NCBI GenBank assembly: GCA_043228905.1
Contig: JBHGNT010000004.1
Span: forward strand, 4,340,001-4,404,000
Origin: Azolla caroliniana
Lineage: Eukaryota; Plantae; Polypodiophyta
Reading direction: 5' to 3'
Length of the DNA: 64,000 bases
The notes under the pieces were generated by a model. It did not search any database, was not told the DNA's origin, and worked only from the letters and a program-made list of their open reading frames with translations. Positions 36,068-47,100 of the stretch are shown here, piece after piece. The position numbers were made by a program, and so were the translations under genes. Every line of letters starts with the position of its first letter. The stretch's first letter is position 1.

Positions 36068-39067
36068 TTACACATCCGTAGGTCCCCTTGGACCCTTACC
36101 GTTTTCCTTACGGGTTGCCGTGTCTTCCTTTGCCTCTGCTACGGGTTCCCCGTCGTCTTTTTCTTCCAGCCGTACCGTTCCCGGTATAGTGCCGGTGAGC
36201 TGCATAAACGGGTTCTTTGGCATCGGTCCTTTATAGGGCTTTAGTCTAAATCCATTCACCCACTTGCCTAGTACTTCACCGGCAAGTGTCCCTATCTGAT
36301 AGGACCCGTTGTATTCCCGTGTCAGCCAATACGGGCCTGTCCATCTGAACCGGAGTTTACCCGGCATCTTGCCCATCCTCGTTTGGAATACTAGCACCGG
36401 CTTTCCGATTTCGAACATCTTCTCATTACCTTTCCGGTGATGGTCAACGAACGCTTTCCGACGTCGTTGCTCCAGTTCCATATGTAGGATGCTGGCCAGC
36501 CGTTGCTCCTCCAGTTCGCATAGTGCTGCTAGCCGCATTTCCTCCGACTTCTTTTCATTCAGCCGTTCCCGTAGTTGGATCCGTAAGCTTGGTACCTGAA
36601 ATTCCACCGGCATGACCGCTTCTAAGCCGAATGCTAACCGGAACGGCGTTGTCCGGATACTTGTTTTGTATGCCGTTCGGTACGCCCATAGCGCACTGTG
36701 GAGCTTTGTGTCCCAGTCCGTCCGGTTTTCATTGACAATTTTGCGGAGAATGTTCTGCAGCGTTTTGTTGGTGGACTCTGCTAACCCGTTCGCTTGTGGG
36801 TAGTACGGTGTGCTCCGTTTATGAACCACAGCATAGAACGTTGTTAAGCTTTCCACTACCTGGCCGAGGAAATGCCCTCCTTGGTCGCTGATCAATTCAA
36901 TCGGACATCCATATCGGCACCAAATGTTCTCGTACAGGAATTTTGCTGTGGATGCCGCGGTATTGTCTCTCAAGGCCTTTGCCTCCACCCATTTAGTGCA
37001 ATAATCTGTTGCCACGATGACATAACGATTACCCGTTCTCATTGCCGGTGGCTTGAACGGTCCGACAAAATCCAACCCCCACTTCTGGAATGGCTCTAGT
37101 GGCAGTACCGGTTGGTGTGGCATCCGTGCTTGCTCCGTAGGCTGGCCCATTCGTTGGCATAGGTCACATTCCTTAGCATACTTGACGGCGTCTTTTAACG
37201 TCGTGGGCCACCATAAGCCGCTCTGCCATACTTTCCTTGCCGTTGCTTCCCCGGCATAGTGTCCTCCGGCAACCCCACAGTGTGCTTCCCGTAAGATTAC
37301 TTCTTTCTCGTCACTACGGACTGCCCGTCTCCATATTCCATCTGCTCCTTTGTGGTAGAGAGTGTCCCGTAACAGGCAGAAATTGCGGCTCTGCACCGCC
37401 AGTCGTTTCCTCTCGTCCCGGTTCATTTCCTCCGGTGGCAGGCCCGTGCTTAGGAACTGGTGCATGTTCGTCAGCCACCTATCTTCTGATGCCACCGTGT
37501 CGTCTGCTGCCGTTTCCGGGGTAATACGGAATAACTCTGCGTCCGGGAATTCATCCGCTACTCCGTCGCCTGCTTCTCCGGACTCTAACCGGCTCAAATA
37601 GTCCGCTACGGCATGCTGGATACCGGGCCGGTGGAAGATCTCGAATTCGAACTCCTGCAACAGCAAGGTCCAACGGGCCAACTTACCGGTTAGGGACGCC
37701 TTGGACACTAAGTACAGAAGCGCCGAGTGATCCACATGAAAGGAGAACTTCCTTCCCAATAGGTAATGCCGAAACTTTGTGACACTGTAGATCATGCCCA
37801 GGGCCTCCCGTTCCGTCGTTGAATAGTTCTTCTCCGCTTGGGACAGCTTCCGGCTGGCGTAATATACCGGTCGGTACCATTTGGGCTCCGTAAGCTGCAT
37901 TAAGGCGCTGCCAATAGCGATGTCGGACGCGTCCACGAACACGTGAAATTCCTTGCTCCAATCCGGAGGCTGCACGACGGGTGCTTGCGACAAAAGTACC
38001 TTCAGGGCATTGTATGCCTTATCCTCCGTATCCGTCCATTGGAACGGTGTCTGATGTACCGCGGCGTGTAATGGTGTAGCCAAGTGACGGAGCATCCGGC
38101 TGTGCCACCGGATCTGCCCTAAGAATCGGCTTAGTGCTTTGGCTGTTTTCGGCGCCGGTGCCCCTAGTATGGCGTTTACTTTGTCCGGGTCGACCGCAAT
38201 GCCCTCCTTACTTACAATGTGTCCCAGCAATATTCCACTTGAAACCCCAAAGATGCATTTTGCTGGGTTTAAGCTTAGCCGGTATAACCTACACTTTTCA
38301 AGGCATAACCGTAGGTGCTGCAAATGGTCTTTTCCCCGGCTATAGACTGCAAAATCATCCAGGAAAACTTGCATGAAGGCAGGAATGTATTCGCCGAAGA
38401 TCTCCATGATGATTCGCTGGAACGTTGCTGGTGCCGTTTTTAGGCCGAACATCATGACTTCGGCCACAAACACCCCCCATTCGGTGACGAACGCGGTCTT
38501 CTCCTGGTCGTCCGGGTGCATCCGGATTTGATTGTACCCGCTGAACCCGTCTAGAAAGCTATAAACTTCATGACCGGCGACGGCATCCAGTACTCTGTCC
38601 GTGAACGGAAGAGGGAATGCATCCGTAATTGTGGCGGCATTTAGTTTCCTGTAATCAACACACACACGGATTTTACCGTTCTTCTTGGGGACGACGACGA
38701 TGGGGCTCAGCCACGTCGCTTTCTTTACCGGCCGGATGAAGCCCACTCTTAGGAGTTTGTCGATTTCCTCCTTCACTTTGGCGGCGTAGTTGGGGTTCAT
38801 TCGGTAACGTCGTTGCGCCACTGGTTTCGCGTCCTTGCCTAAGTGGATCTGATGCTGATATAATTGAGGGTCCAGCCCTCGCATGTCCTCGTATGACCAG
38901 GCGAATACGTCGCGAAACTCCGTGAGGAGTTTGATCATCACCGCTTTATCTTCCGGCTTCATTTCTTTGGCGATGTGAACCGGCTTTGATTCGTCCTTGT
39001 TTCCTAGGTTCACTTCGTCGAGCTGGGATGCTTTTACCCGTTGGGAAACGGCCATTTCCCGTTCCAA
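36068..39067 (-). CDS. pol: pol: RT-RNase H-integrase, intact frame
   Basis: CVDYRKLN, MMFGL, FLDD, FVDASD, H..H..CDLC, GLDFVGP, SDQG, GLAE, WTGPY; no chromodomain. Confidence 0.93.
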   Translation of the reverse strand: MEREMAVSQRVKASQLDEVNLGNKDESKPVHIAKEMKPEDKAVMIKLLTEFRDVFAWSYEDMRGLDPQLYQHQIHLGKDAKPVAQRRYRMNPNYAAKVKEEIDKLLRVGFIRPVKKATWLSPIVVVPKKNGKIRVCVDYRKLNAATITDAFPLPFTDRVLDAVAGHEVYSFLDGFSGYNQIRMHPDDQEKTAFVTEWGVFVAEVMMFGLKTAPATFQRIIMEIFGEYIPAFMQVFLDDFAVYSRGKDHLQHLRLCLEKCRLYRLSLNPAKCIFGVSSGILLGHIVSKEGIAVDPDKVNAILGAPAPKTAKALSRFLGQIRWHSRMLRHLATPLHAAVHQTPFQWTDTEDKAYNALKVLLSQAPVVQPPDWSKEFHVFVDASDIAIGSALMQLTEPKWYRPVYYASRKLSQAEKNYSTTEREALGMIYSVTKFRHYLLGRKFSFHVDHSALLYLVSKASLTGKLARWTLLLQEFEFEIFHRPGIQHAVADYLSRLESGEAGDGVADEFPDAELFRITPETAADDTVASEDRWLTNMHQFLSTGLPPEEMNRDERKRLAVQSRNFCLLRDTLYHKGADGIWRRAVRSDEKEVILREAHCGVAGGHYAGEATARKVWQSGLWWPTTLKDAVKYAKECDLCQRMGQPTEQARMPHQPVLPLEPFQKWGLDFVGPFKPPAMRTGNRYVIVATDYCTKWVEAKALRDNTAASTAKFLYENIWCRYGCPIELISDQGGHFLGQVVESLTTFYAVVHKRSTPYYPQANGLAESTNKTLQNILRKIVNENRTDWDTKLHSALWAYRTAYKTSIRTTPFRLAFGLEAVMPVEFQVPSLRIQLRERLNEKKSEEMRLAALCELEEQRLASILHMELEQRRRKAFVDHHRKGNEKMFEIGKPVLVFQTRMGKMPGKLRFRWTGPYWLTREYNGSYQIGTLAGEVLGKWVNGFRLKPYKGPMPKNPFMQLTGTIPGTVRLEEKDDGEPVAEAKEDTATRKENGKGPRGPTDV

Positions 39068-40113
39068 TGCTTCCTGTGCTTATTCGCTTAGCCGGACAAG
39101 GCCTAACACAAGGTGTCACGGAGACACTTCACCAAAGGGTGATTACGGCATAGGATTAAGATTCAACGATTACACCGACTTACGTAGGTTACACGATTAG
39201 ATTGCTTTGGTTAATTACACGCGTAAGATATAACAGTGATTACAGAACGGAAATCAAGACAGAAGTATAAACATCATAAGCTCTATTAATTATCCGCTGT
39301 GATTACAATGGGGTCCGGGCCTTTAAATAGGTTTCCGGCCCGTAGTACAAAACGGTGCCTCTCGCACCTATTCGGAATCCGTCCGGATCTGGAACGGCAT
39401 ACCGTTTCCAGTCCGTCCGTCCACACTATGCTTATTACAACCATACTTAATTAGTTCCTTCACTCCGTATTTTGGACTCCTTGCCGGCCGGTAACACATG
39501 GCACGCCCGTGGGACAGTACCTTGTACGTCGAACCCTTCTCGGCCCCTTCATTGTTCACCCAAATTGTCCAAAATACTTTGTTCAAGAATTTCCCCTTGT
39601 TCTTCCGGTTGTGGTTGCTGCGGCTGTGCTTGCTGCTGCTGCTGTGGTTGCGGTTGGGACTGAGGCTGCTCCGGCTGCTCTGCTTGCTGCTGCTGCTCCG
39701 TTTGTTTCGCTGACTCCGGCTGCTCCGTTTGTCTCTCTGGCTCCGGCATCTCCGTTTGACTGCTTCCGGTCCGGTCTCCTTCCAGTAACGGTTCCTCATC
39801 ACTGAGGTTGACCGTAACTGGTTCTCGTTCTTTCTCTCCCCGGATCCGGGACCTCTCGTAGCTTTCAAACTAGATCTGCGCCTCCAGCCTGTCGTCGTCC
39901 AGCTGAGCTACAAGTTGCCGGACTTGCTCTAGTTGGTCCTCTGCCAAGGCTTGAAAGTCTTCGGCCAGCTCATCTCTTATGCCGGTGAAGTCTTCGGAAT
40001 TCAGCATATAGCAATCATCTCCCTCCTTCCGCCGGTTCTCTACGTCAGCCCGGAGCAATTGGAGTTCCGCCGCGTTCGTGGCCCACTTGGTCCACCATTT
40101 GACGGACCCGTTG

Positions 40114-43100
40114 TCAATCAAGCTCTTGGTCTGGTTCAACCAGGCCCGCATTATATCCTGGATGCGACTTGCTCCCATTTGCGCTCTGCTTTCCACCACT
40201 TGTCGCTCCTCCTTCAACTGCTTGATTGTACCCGCTGAACCCGTCTAGAAAGCTATAAACTTCATGACCGGCGACGGCATCCAGTACTCCGTCCGTGAAT
40301 GAAAGAGGGAATGCATCCGTAATTGTGGCGGCATTTAGTTTCCTGTAATCAACACACACACGGATTTTACCGTTCTTCTTGGGGACGACGACGATGGGGC
40401 TCAGCCACGTCGCTTTCTTTACCGGCCGGATGAAGCCCACTCTTAGGAGTTTGTCGATTTCCTCCTTCACTTTGGCGGCGTAGTTGGGGTTCATTCGGTA
40501 ACGTCGTTGCGCCACTGGTTTCACGTCCTTGCCTAAGTGGATCTGATGCTGATATAATTGAGGGTCCAGCCCTCGCATGTCCTCGTATGACCAGGCGAAT
40601 ACGTCGCGAAACTCCGTGAGAAGTTTGATCATCGCCGCTTTATCTTCCGGCTTCATTTCTTTGGCGATGTGAACCGGCTTTGATTCGTCCTTGTTTCCTA
40701 GGTTCACTTCGTCGAGCTGGGATGCTTTTACCCGTTGGGAAACGGCCATTTCCCGTTCCAATGCTTCCTGTGCTTGCCGTAATTCCCGAATCGCATCTTT
40801 GTCTGGTTCGGCTTCGGTGTCGTCCCGCTGCGGCAAGTATGGCGCTACGGCTTCAGCTACGTCAATCTCGAAGAGTGGTACGATCTTCGGGTGTTCCTCC
40901 AAGTACTGGGCTTCTTCGTCGTCTGCCAATCCTTCAAGCATGTTCACACATTCCGCATACAACGGTGTGCATTCCTTACCGTTGCTCGTCCGTGGTTGTG
41001 TCGGAACCCGGACCTTGGCTTTTCCGCGCCGGAAGGTAATCATATTTTTCCGCCAATTTTGCTTGATGTGTGTTGTTTTCAACCATGGTCTGCCCAGCAA
41101 CAGTGGGTACGCGCCTTGCGCCTGTAGCTGCAGCACTACAGCCGAGATGTGAAATGTGTGGCCTCCTATGGTGACTTCCAATTTCCGTATTAAGCCCGTC
41201 GGCCGTACAGAGCTCGTATCCGCCATCCGTAGCCAGAACGGACATGGCTCCCATTCATGTATACCCAAGGCATCACACGTGCGGAGGCTTATTACGTTCA
41301 CTCCGGAACCTCCATCGATTACTGTGCCGGGAAGTTCGTGCCCTTTGACAATAGCTGTGATCACCGGACTACTAGTGTCCACCACCGTCGGTCCCTCCTC
41401 CGGATTCGAGAAGAGGACTGGTGCCGGTTGGGCTATACCGTCTGTCATGACCGTTTTTAGTCCTTCTGTGAATCGCGGCACGAGCTGCAAGAGTCTTCCT
41501 AATGGTAACGTGATCTGACATTCTTGCAGTGCTTGCCATGTCTCGTTTTCTGGGTGGCTACCGCCGGCACTCCCTATGGTATTCGCCTTTTGCCGTTCCG
41601 CGTCCGCGACGTTCCTTTCGTTGGCTTCCTTCACCCATTCCGTCGCCTGCTTTCGTATGGCCTCTTGTGTTTCCCACTCTTTGGCTATGCCTTTCGACCG
41701 TGTGGTTACTTGCTGTAAATCCGCCACTTCCAGAACCACCATATTAACTGCTGGTCGTTTCTCGTAGCTCTTTACCGGGCATTGGTTACTGTAGTGGCCT
41801 TCCTGCCTGCAGTAGTAGCAGTACTCTTTACGGGTATTACTGGATTCAGCATTGCTGGTAGCCGGAGTCGGTCCCGTAGCGAGTGGTGCGTTCTGTGCCG
41901 GTTGGCTCCTTGGGGTTCCATGTTCCGGGTCCCTCGGGTGACCACCTTTCTTGAAATTACGTTTCTTATTATTCTTATGTTTATTTCGGTAGTCCGGTCG
42001 TGGTGGATCGTAAAATCGGCCGTAGTCCTCCTGGTGCCTTCGGTAACCAGGGGAATGGTCTCTGTCGTATTGCTCGTGTCGCCTGTTGGGCTCCCGATAA
42101 CGGTCCGATCGCTCATACCGGTCGTAGTTATCACGCCGATTCCCGTACCGGCCATCATTCTCTTGCCTGTCTCCGTACCGGACATCCTGTGCCGGTCGGT
42201 ACCGGTTCATTTTTTGCCAACGATCTTCATCTTCGTCTTGGTTGCTTCTTGGCTCGATCCGTCGGACGGGTGGTGCTTGTCGGTTTAACAGGTTATACTC
42301 GCACCGGTCCGTTGTATGACTCTTGGATTGACAAATCACACACTGAGTGCGCATGGTGCACTCTACTGCCGAGTGTCCGGCATTCAAGCAGATTGTGCAT
42401 TGAATTGCCTGCCGGAACCGGAGATCTTCCTCGGTGGGTAACGCCCGTTGCAGTGTTCCCAGCGTAAGCCATGAGCTTGTCTTTTCCATTTCTCTGACCC
42501 GGTCAATGACCTGATCGATGGTGCATCCTCGAAAGTCGATCACCGTACACACCGTGCGTAACGGTTCCCGGAGTGCGTTTAAAAATATCGTCCGTAATTC
42601 CTCCTCCAGGGGTGCACGGGCAAGCTGGCTATGCATTCGTTGGAAACGGATGACGAATTGGGGAATGCTTTCCCCTGCCTCCTGTCGGATCGTATAAAAC
42701 AGGCCCACCATTGTCGTCTGGTCGACCTCCTTGTGGAAAAAATGCAAGAATTTTGCTTTTAATTCTGCAAATGTTGTGATGGTCGCCGGGTCCTGCGACC
42801 GCCGCCATCGTGTTGCTGGTCCCTCCAACGTGACTCCGAATTCCGCTATCTTCGAGCGTTCTTCTTCCTCCGGTGTCATTCGCTGGGACGTGTGATTTGC
42901 TTCCCATGTCTGCTCGAAGTCATCAACATGCGCTTCCGCGTCCGGATCATCGCGATACTTTGAGTATTGGAACGGCATGTCGTCGTCCAGTATTAGGCCG
43001 CGGTTTAGTGGCGTTTGTTGATATCTTTCCGGTTTTCTCGCCGGTTCCACTTCCGGTTCTTGTGCCGCCGCTTTTTCCGGTTCCTTTGCCGGCTCTTTCG

Positions 43101-43575
43101 TTGGTGTCGGTGGCTTTGCTTCTTCCACTTCCGGTGTTGGTGGGTTGACGGCTTCCGTTTGTGGTTCCGGATAGCCCTGGTTGAGCGGTTCCAGTTCTGG
43201 AGTCGGCACGTTATCCGACCCGTCGTCCTCCGGGCCGCCGGGGGTATCGTTGCTGCTCCGGTAGTTCGTGTGTACGTTGTATCCCCCTTCGGAATCCGAT
43301 TCGTAGGCTGAAAAGGCTTCTGCCTCGTTTTCTCCGCTTGCCAGCGCCTCTAGCAGGCGTTCGGTTTCCCGGAGACTACTTAGACTGCTTCCGTCGTCCT
43401 GGTCGCGAGTTTGCCGTAACCGAAGAGATTCCTCCGCGACTCTCCGGATCTCGTTGGAGAACGAACGATCCGAGCGAATTGCTTGCGCTGCTTCTTGGAA
43501 GGTCTCCCGCCGTCTTTGCCGTTCGGCGAGGCGTCGAGCTCGGTCTGTAACTAAGTCGTGCGTTGGTCTAGTCAT
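40114..43575 (-). CDS. gag: Gag-protease-truncated RT
   Basis: Three CCHC knuckles; PR VIDGGSGVN..LLLGRPW; RT breaks after FSGYNQ at 40222. Confidence 0.9.
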   Translation of the reverse strand: MTRPTHDLVTDRARRLAERQRRRETFQEAAQAIRSDRSFSNEIRRVAEESLRLRQTRDQDDGSSLSSLRETERLLEALASGENEAEAFSAYESDSEGGYNVHTNYRSSNDTPGGPEDDGSDNVPTPELEPLNQGYPEPQTEAVNPPTPEVEEAKPPTPTKEPAKEPEKAAAQEPEVEPARKPERYQQTPLNRGLILDDDMPFQYSKYRDDPDAEAHVDDFEQTWEANHTSQRMTPEEEERSKIAEFGVTLEGPATRWRRSQDPATITTFAELKAKFLHFFHKEVDQTTMVGLFYTIRQEAGESIPQFVIRFQRMHSQLARAPLEEELRTIFLNALREPLRTVCTVIDFRGCTIDQVIDRVREMEKTSSWLTLGTLQRALPTEEDLRFRQAIQCTICLNAGHSAVECTMRTQCVICQSKSHTTDRCEYNLLNRQAPPVRRIEPRSNQDEDEDRWQKMNRYRPAQDVRYGDRQENDGRYGNRRDNYDRYERSDRYREPNRRHEQYDRDHSPGYRRHQEDYGRFYDPPRPDYRNKHKNNKKRNFKKGGHPRDPEHGTPRSQPAQNAPLATGPTPATSNAESSNTRKEYCYYCRQEGHYSNQCPVKSYEKRPAVNMVVLEVADLQQVTTRSKGIAKEWETQEAIRKQATEWVKEANERNVADAERQKANTIGSAGGSHPENETWQALQECQITLPLGRLLQLVPRFTEGLKTVMTDGIAQPAPVLFSNPEEGPTVVDTSSPVITAIVKGHELPGTVIDGGSGVNVISLRTCDALGIHEWEPCPFWLRMADTSSVRPTGLIRKLEVTIGGHTFHISAVVLQLQAQGAYPLLLGRPWLKTTHIKQNWRKNMITFRRGKAKVRVPTQPRTSNGKECTPLYAECVNMLEGLADDEEAQYLEEHPKIVPLFEIDVAEAVAPYLPQRDDTEAEPDKDAIRELRQAQEALEREMAVSQRVKASQLDEVNLGNKDESKPVHIAKEMKPEDKAAMIKLLTEFRDVFAWSYEDMRGLDPQLYQHQIHLGKDVKPVAQRRYRMNPNYAAKVKEEIDKLLRVGFIRPVKKATWLSPIVVVPKKNGKIRVCVDYRKLNAATITDAFPLSFTDGVLDAVAGHEVYSFLDGFSGYNQAVEGGATSGGKQSANGSKSHPGYNAGLVEPDQELD

Positions 43576-43610
43576 CCATTACCGTCGTTCGCTGCGAGAA
43601 AGCAGGAATC

Positions 43611-43620
43611 GTGGTCGCCA
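43611..43620 (-). promoter_or_regulatory. Primer-binding site, tRNA-Arg(UCG)-like
   Basis: TGGCGACCAC, 18 nt inside the 5' LTR; complementary to the remembered plant tRNA-Arg end GUGGUCGCCA. Confidence 0.65.
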
Positions 43621-44197
43621 AAACTGGGTTATTCGCTTAGCCGGACAAGGCCTAACACAAGGTGTCACGGAGACACTTCACCAAAGGGTGATTACGGCAT
43701 AGGATTAAGATTCAACGATTACACCGACTTACGTAGGTTACACGATTAGATTGCTTTGGTTAATTACACGCGTAAGATATAACAATGATTACAGAACGGA
43801 AATCAAGACAGAAGTATAAACATCATAAGCTCTATTAATTATCCGCTGTGATTACAATGGGGTCCGGGCCTTTAAATAGGTTTCCGGCCCGTAGTACAAA
43901 ACGGTGCCTCTCGCACCTATTCGGAATCCGTCCGGATCTGGAACGGCATACCGTTTCCAGTCCGTCCGTCCACACTATGCTTATTACAACCATACTTAAT
44001 TAGTTCCTTCACTCCGTATTTTGGACTCCTTGCCGGCCGGTAACAACTCTCTCCCGTTCGCTAAACTTACCCACTCCCCCCGTGGTCTCAAGACATACGC
44101 GATCCCCAAATTCCTCCCTCCTCGCTTTCTTGATTCCTTGGTTCGAGACCCATGTGGTCTTGCCCGACTCCACGCATCCGTGAGGATAACCTCGACA

Positions 44198-47100
44198 ACG
44201 CGCGGGCAGAAGTATTGATAAGGAGTACATAATTAGTGTTAGGATTTCGGTCCCTCTAGATGGGATATGAGTACCCGGCAAAGAAGACCCGGTGTGAACT
44301 GGATGACCAGGCCCAGTGAGAACCTCTCACCGGATGAAGGGACATATATGTAAATATGCTCCTGTTAGCCCATCGTGGCTATATTTGTAAATAGCCCGAA
44401 AGTCATATTAGTATAAATATGAGGTCTAGGGCAAACAAAGTTGTGTGCATGGTTATCATTGTATAGAGTTATTGGTGTAACTGTTGTATAGAGAGTAACA
44501 GAGAGAGAGATATCTCTGAATAGTCTCTGTTGTATCCGCTTATTGGCCAAGATTGAGAGCATGAGGTCGTTGCCTCTGTGCTCCTCCTGTTGTATTCTTT
44601 TAGACATAGTGATAGCTTAGAGCTAGTGTGCTGCCGTGGTTTTTACCGTTTAGGATTTTCCACGAAAACATCCTGTGCACTCTCTCTTGCTCCATTGTCT
44701 GTGTGTATACGCGCATTTCTTCCTATTCCCATCTTTCTGTGGTTAATTCTAAGACTCGGTTGTGGCCGAGCAATATTCCGCACATATTCTCGACAATCTG
44801 GTATCAGAGTGAAACGACACAAAAAATGGAAGAATCCTACGGCGGCATGTTCAAGCTCACCAGCTCCAACTACTTAGTGTGGAAGTCCAAGATGAGGGAC
44901 ATGCTCGTGGTGAAAGATCTTTGGTTGCCGGTTCAGTTCGGGGACAAGAGACCGGACAAGATCGACGCGATGGTGTGGGAGGTGATGCACATGAAGACAA
45001 CGACGTACATACGGTGCTTCATTAACATGAGCCTGTACAACAACTTTAATGAGGAGAGTAAGGCACATGAGCTCTGGGAGAAGATTGGCATTATGTTTCA
45101 GAACAAAAATGTTGTTAATTGCGTTTCAGTATTCCGGAAGCTAGTGAGGCTCCGGTACCAAGATGGCTCCACCATGGCGGAGCACATGAATGCCTTCCAG
45201 GGGCAGATTCACCAGGCAACATCATTGGAAGTACCTCTCGCCGATGAGGTACTTGCTCTACTCCTGCTCGGTTCCCTCCCGGACAGCTAGGAGACGTTAG
45301 TTGTCACATTGGGCAATGCCGGGCCGGAAGGAAAACATTTATCCAGGCTACCAAGAGTCAAGTTGAGCTTGCTAGATGAGGAGGCACGTCGGAAAGACAA
45401 GGATACGAGCTCCGACGCCAAAGCACTCCTTACCGAATCGGAACGCAGAAGACAAAGGAACTGTAGTCCCCAGAATTGGGAAAAGTCGGGGACACGGTCA
45501 AAGTCAAGGGGGAGGCCCATTTGCTTCTATTGCGGCAAGCCGGGGCACTTCCAGAAGAACTGTCGGCCTTTCCGGAAAGAGAAGGAAACCAACAGTATTG
45601 ATTCGAAGTGGTTACCGGACCGGAACGGTAAAGACTGGAGGGGACTGGACCGGAAAGGAACAACGACAATCGCGGCAACTGAAGAGGAGTTGATGCTCAT
45701 CACCGAGGAGAGTGAGTTGAGCCTTGCCAGCGACGAGACAACGTGGGTTGTCGATTCCGGAGCGTTGTTCCACCTGACCCGGACCGGAAATGCTTCTCAT
45801 CCTATACCGCCGGTGAGCACGGCTGTGTCCGGATGGGGAATGAAGGTATGTGCCGAATTATCGGCATAGGAGACGTGTGGTTGACAAGATGTTGCTGAAG
45901 GATGTCCAACGCATTCCGGAGGTTCGACTGAACCTGATATCAGCCGATCGGCTAGATGACGAAGGCTACACGGGTAGCATCCGGAACGGTGTTATGAAGT
46001 TCAGCAAAGGGAGCCTCATAGTGGCTAGGGCCCGGAAACTCAACACATTGTACCAGGTCCTAATGAATGCCCGGTTATGCTTGGAAGAAGTGAACGTGGC
46101 GTCTGACACTGCCGGTGAGTTGTGGCACAGGAGACTGTGTCACATGAGCGAGAAGGAGATGAAGAGGCTTGCCGATGACAACCTCATTCCGGTGAAGAAC
46201 GTGCATCTTGAGAGGTGCACCGACTGCCTAGCCAGTAAGCAAAACCGGACCTCCTTTTGCTCAAGGCCACCGATGAGACGTAATGCACCACTAGAGTTGG
46301 TGCATACCGATGTGTGTCAAGTGGACACGAAGTCACATGCCGGATTGCAGTACTTCGTGACGTTAATAGACGACAACAACCGGAAGCTGTGGGCCACACC
46401 GTTGAAGACGAAGGATCAGGTGTTATCCGTTTTCAAGGAGCTCCACGCGAGAGTGGAAAGAGAAGTGGCCAGAAGCTGAAGGCGGTTCGAGCAGATAAAG
46501 GAGGCGAATACTAGGGGCAGTTCGAGGAGTACTGCCGCTCGAAGGGAATCCAACTCGAATTTACCATGCCGAAGACGCCGAAACTAAACGGGCTGGCCGA
46601 GAGGATGAACCAGACCATAATGGAGAGGGTCTGGAGTATGCTGCACATGCAAAGCTACCCAAGACGTTTTGGGTTGAGGCGTTGTCGACAGCGACGTATG
46701 TGATAAACAGATCACCCTCAGTGCCCTTGGACGGAGACACGCTGCAAAGAGTGTGGACCGGTAAGGAAGTGTCTTACTAGCATCTGAAGGTGTTCGGGTG
46801 TCTCGCTTACGTGCATGTTGCAAAGGACTGGAGAGAAAAGTTGGATCCAAAGTCCTAGCCTTGCATATTCCTCGGATACGGCGATGATGAGTTCAACTAC
46901 TAAGTGTGGGACCCCGTCGACAAGAAGGTTTTCCAGAGTCGAGATATTATCTTCATGGAGGGCAAGACCCTTGCTGACTGGGAGTCGGAGAAGAAGATAA
47001 TGAGCTTCGAGTCGACCGGTAAGGTTCGGTTCAATGAGATACGGACCTACCCGGCTAAGAGCCGGTTGACACTCGAAGAACCGGCCGGTTACAATGAGGA

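Larger units (their letters stand above)
32542..44045 (-). mobile_element. Young Athila/Tat-like (non-chromoviral) Ty3/gypsy with three LTRs and a 3' extra ORF
   Basis: 407-bp LTRs at 32542-32948, 39090-39496 and 43639-44045 differing by 1-2 nt; TSD ACTC (or AACTC); RT FPLPFTD..YSFLDGFSGYNQI..FLDDF. Confidence 0.93.
10353..44197 (+). mobile_element. Degenerate Trp-primed Ty3/gypsy hosting four nested insertions
   Basis: Partial 5' LTR 10353-10814; PBS TGGTGAAGCCAACGTGAA 10820-10837; gag-PR 10862-11918 plus 23255-24317; pol 24318-25588 plus 30463-~31850 with RT deleted; PPT; 3' LTR 31973-32541 plus 44046-44197. Confidence 0.85.
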
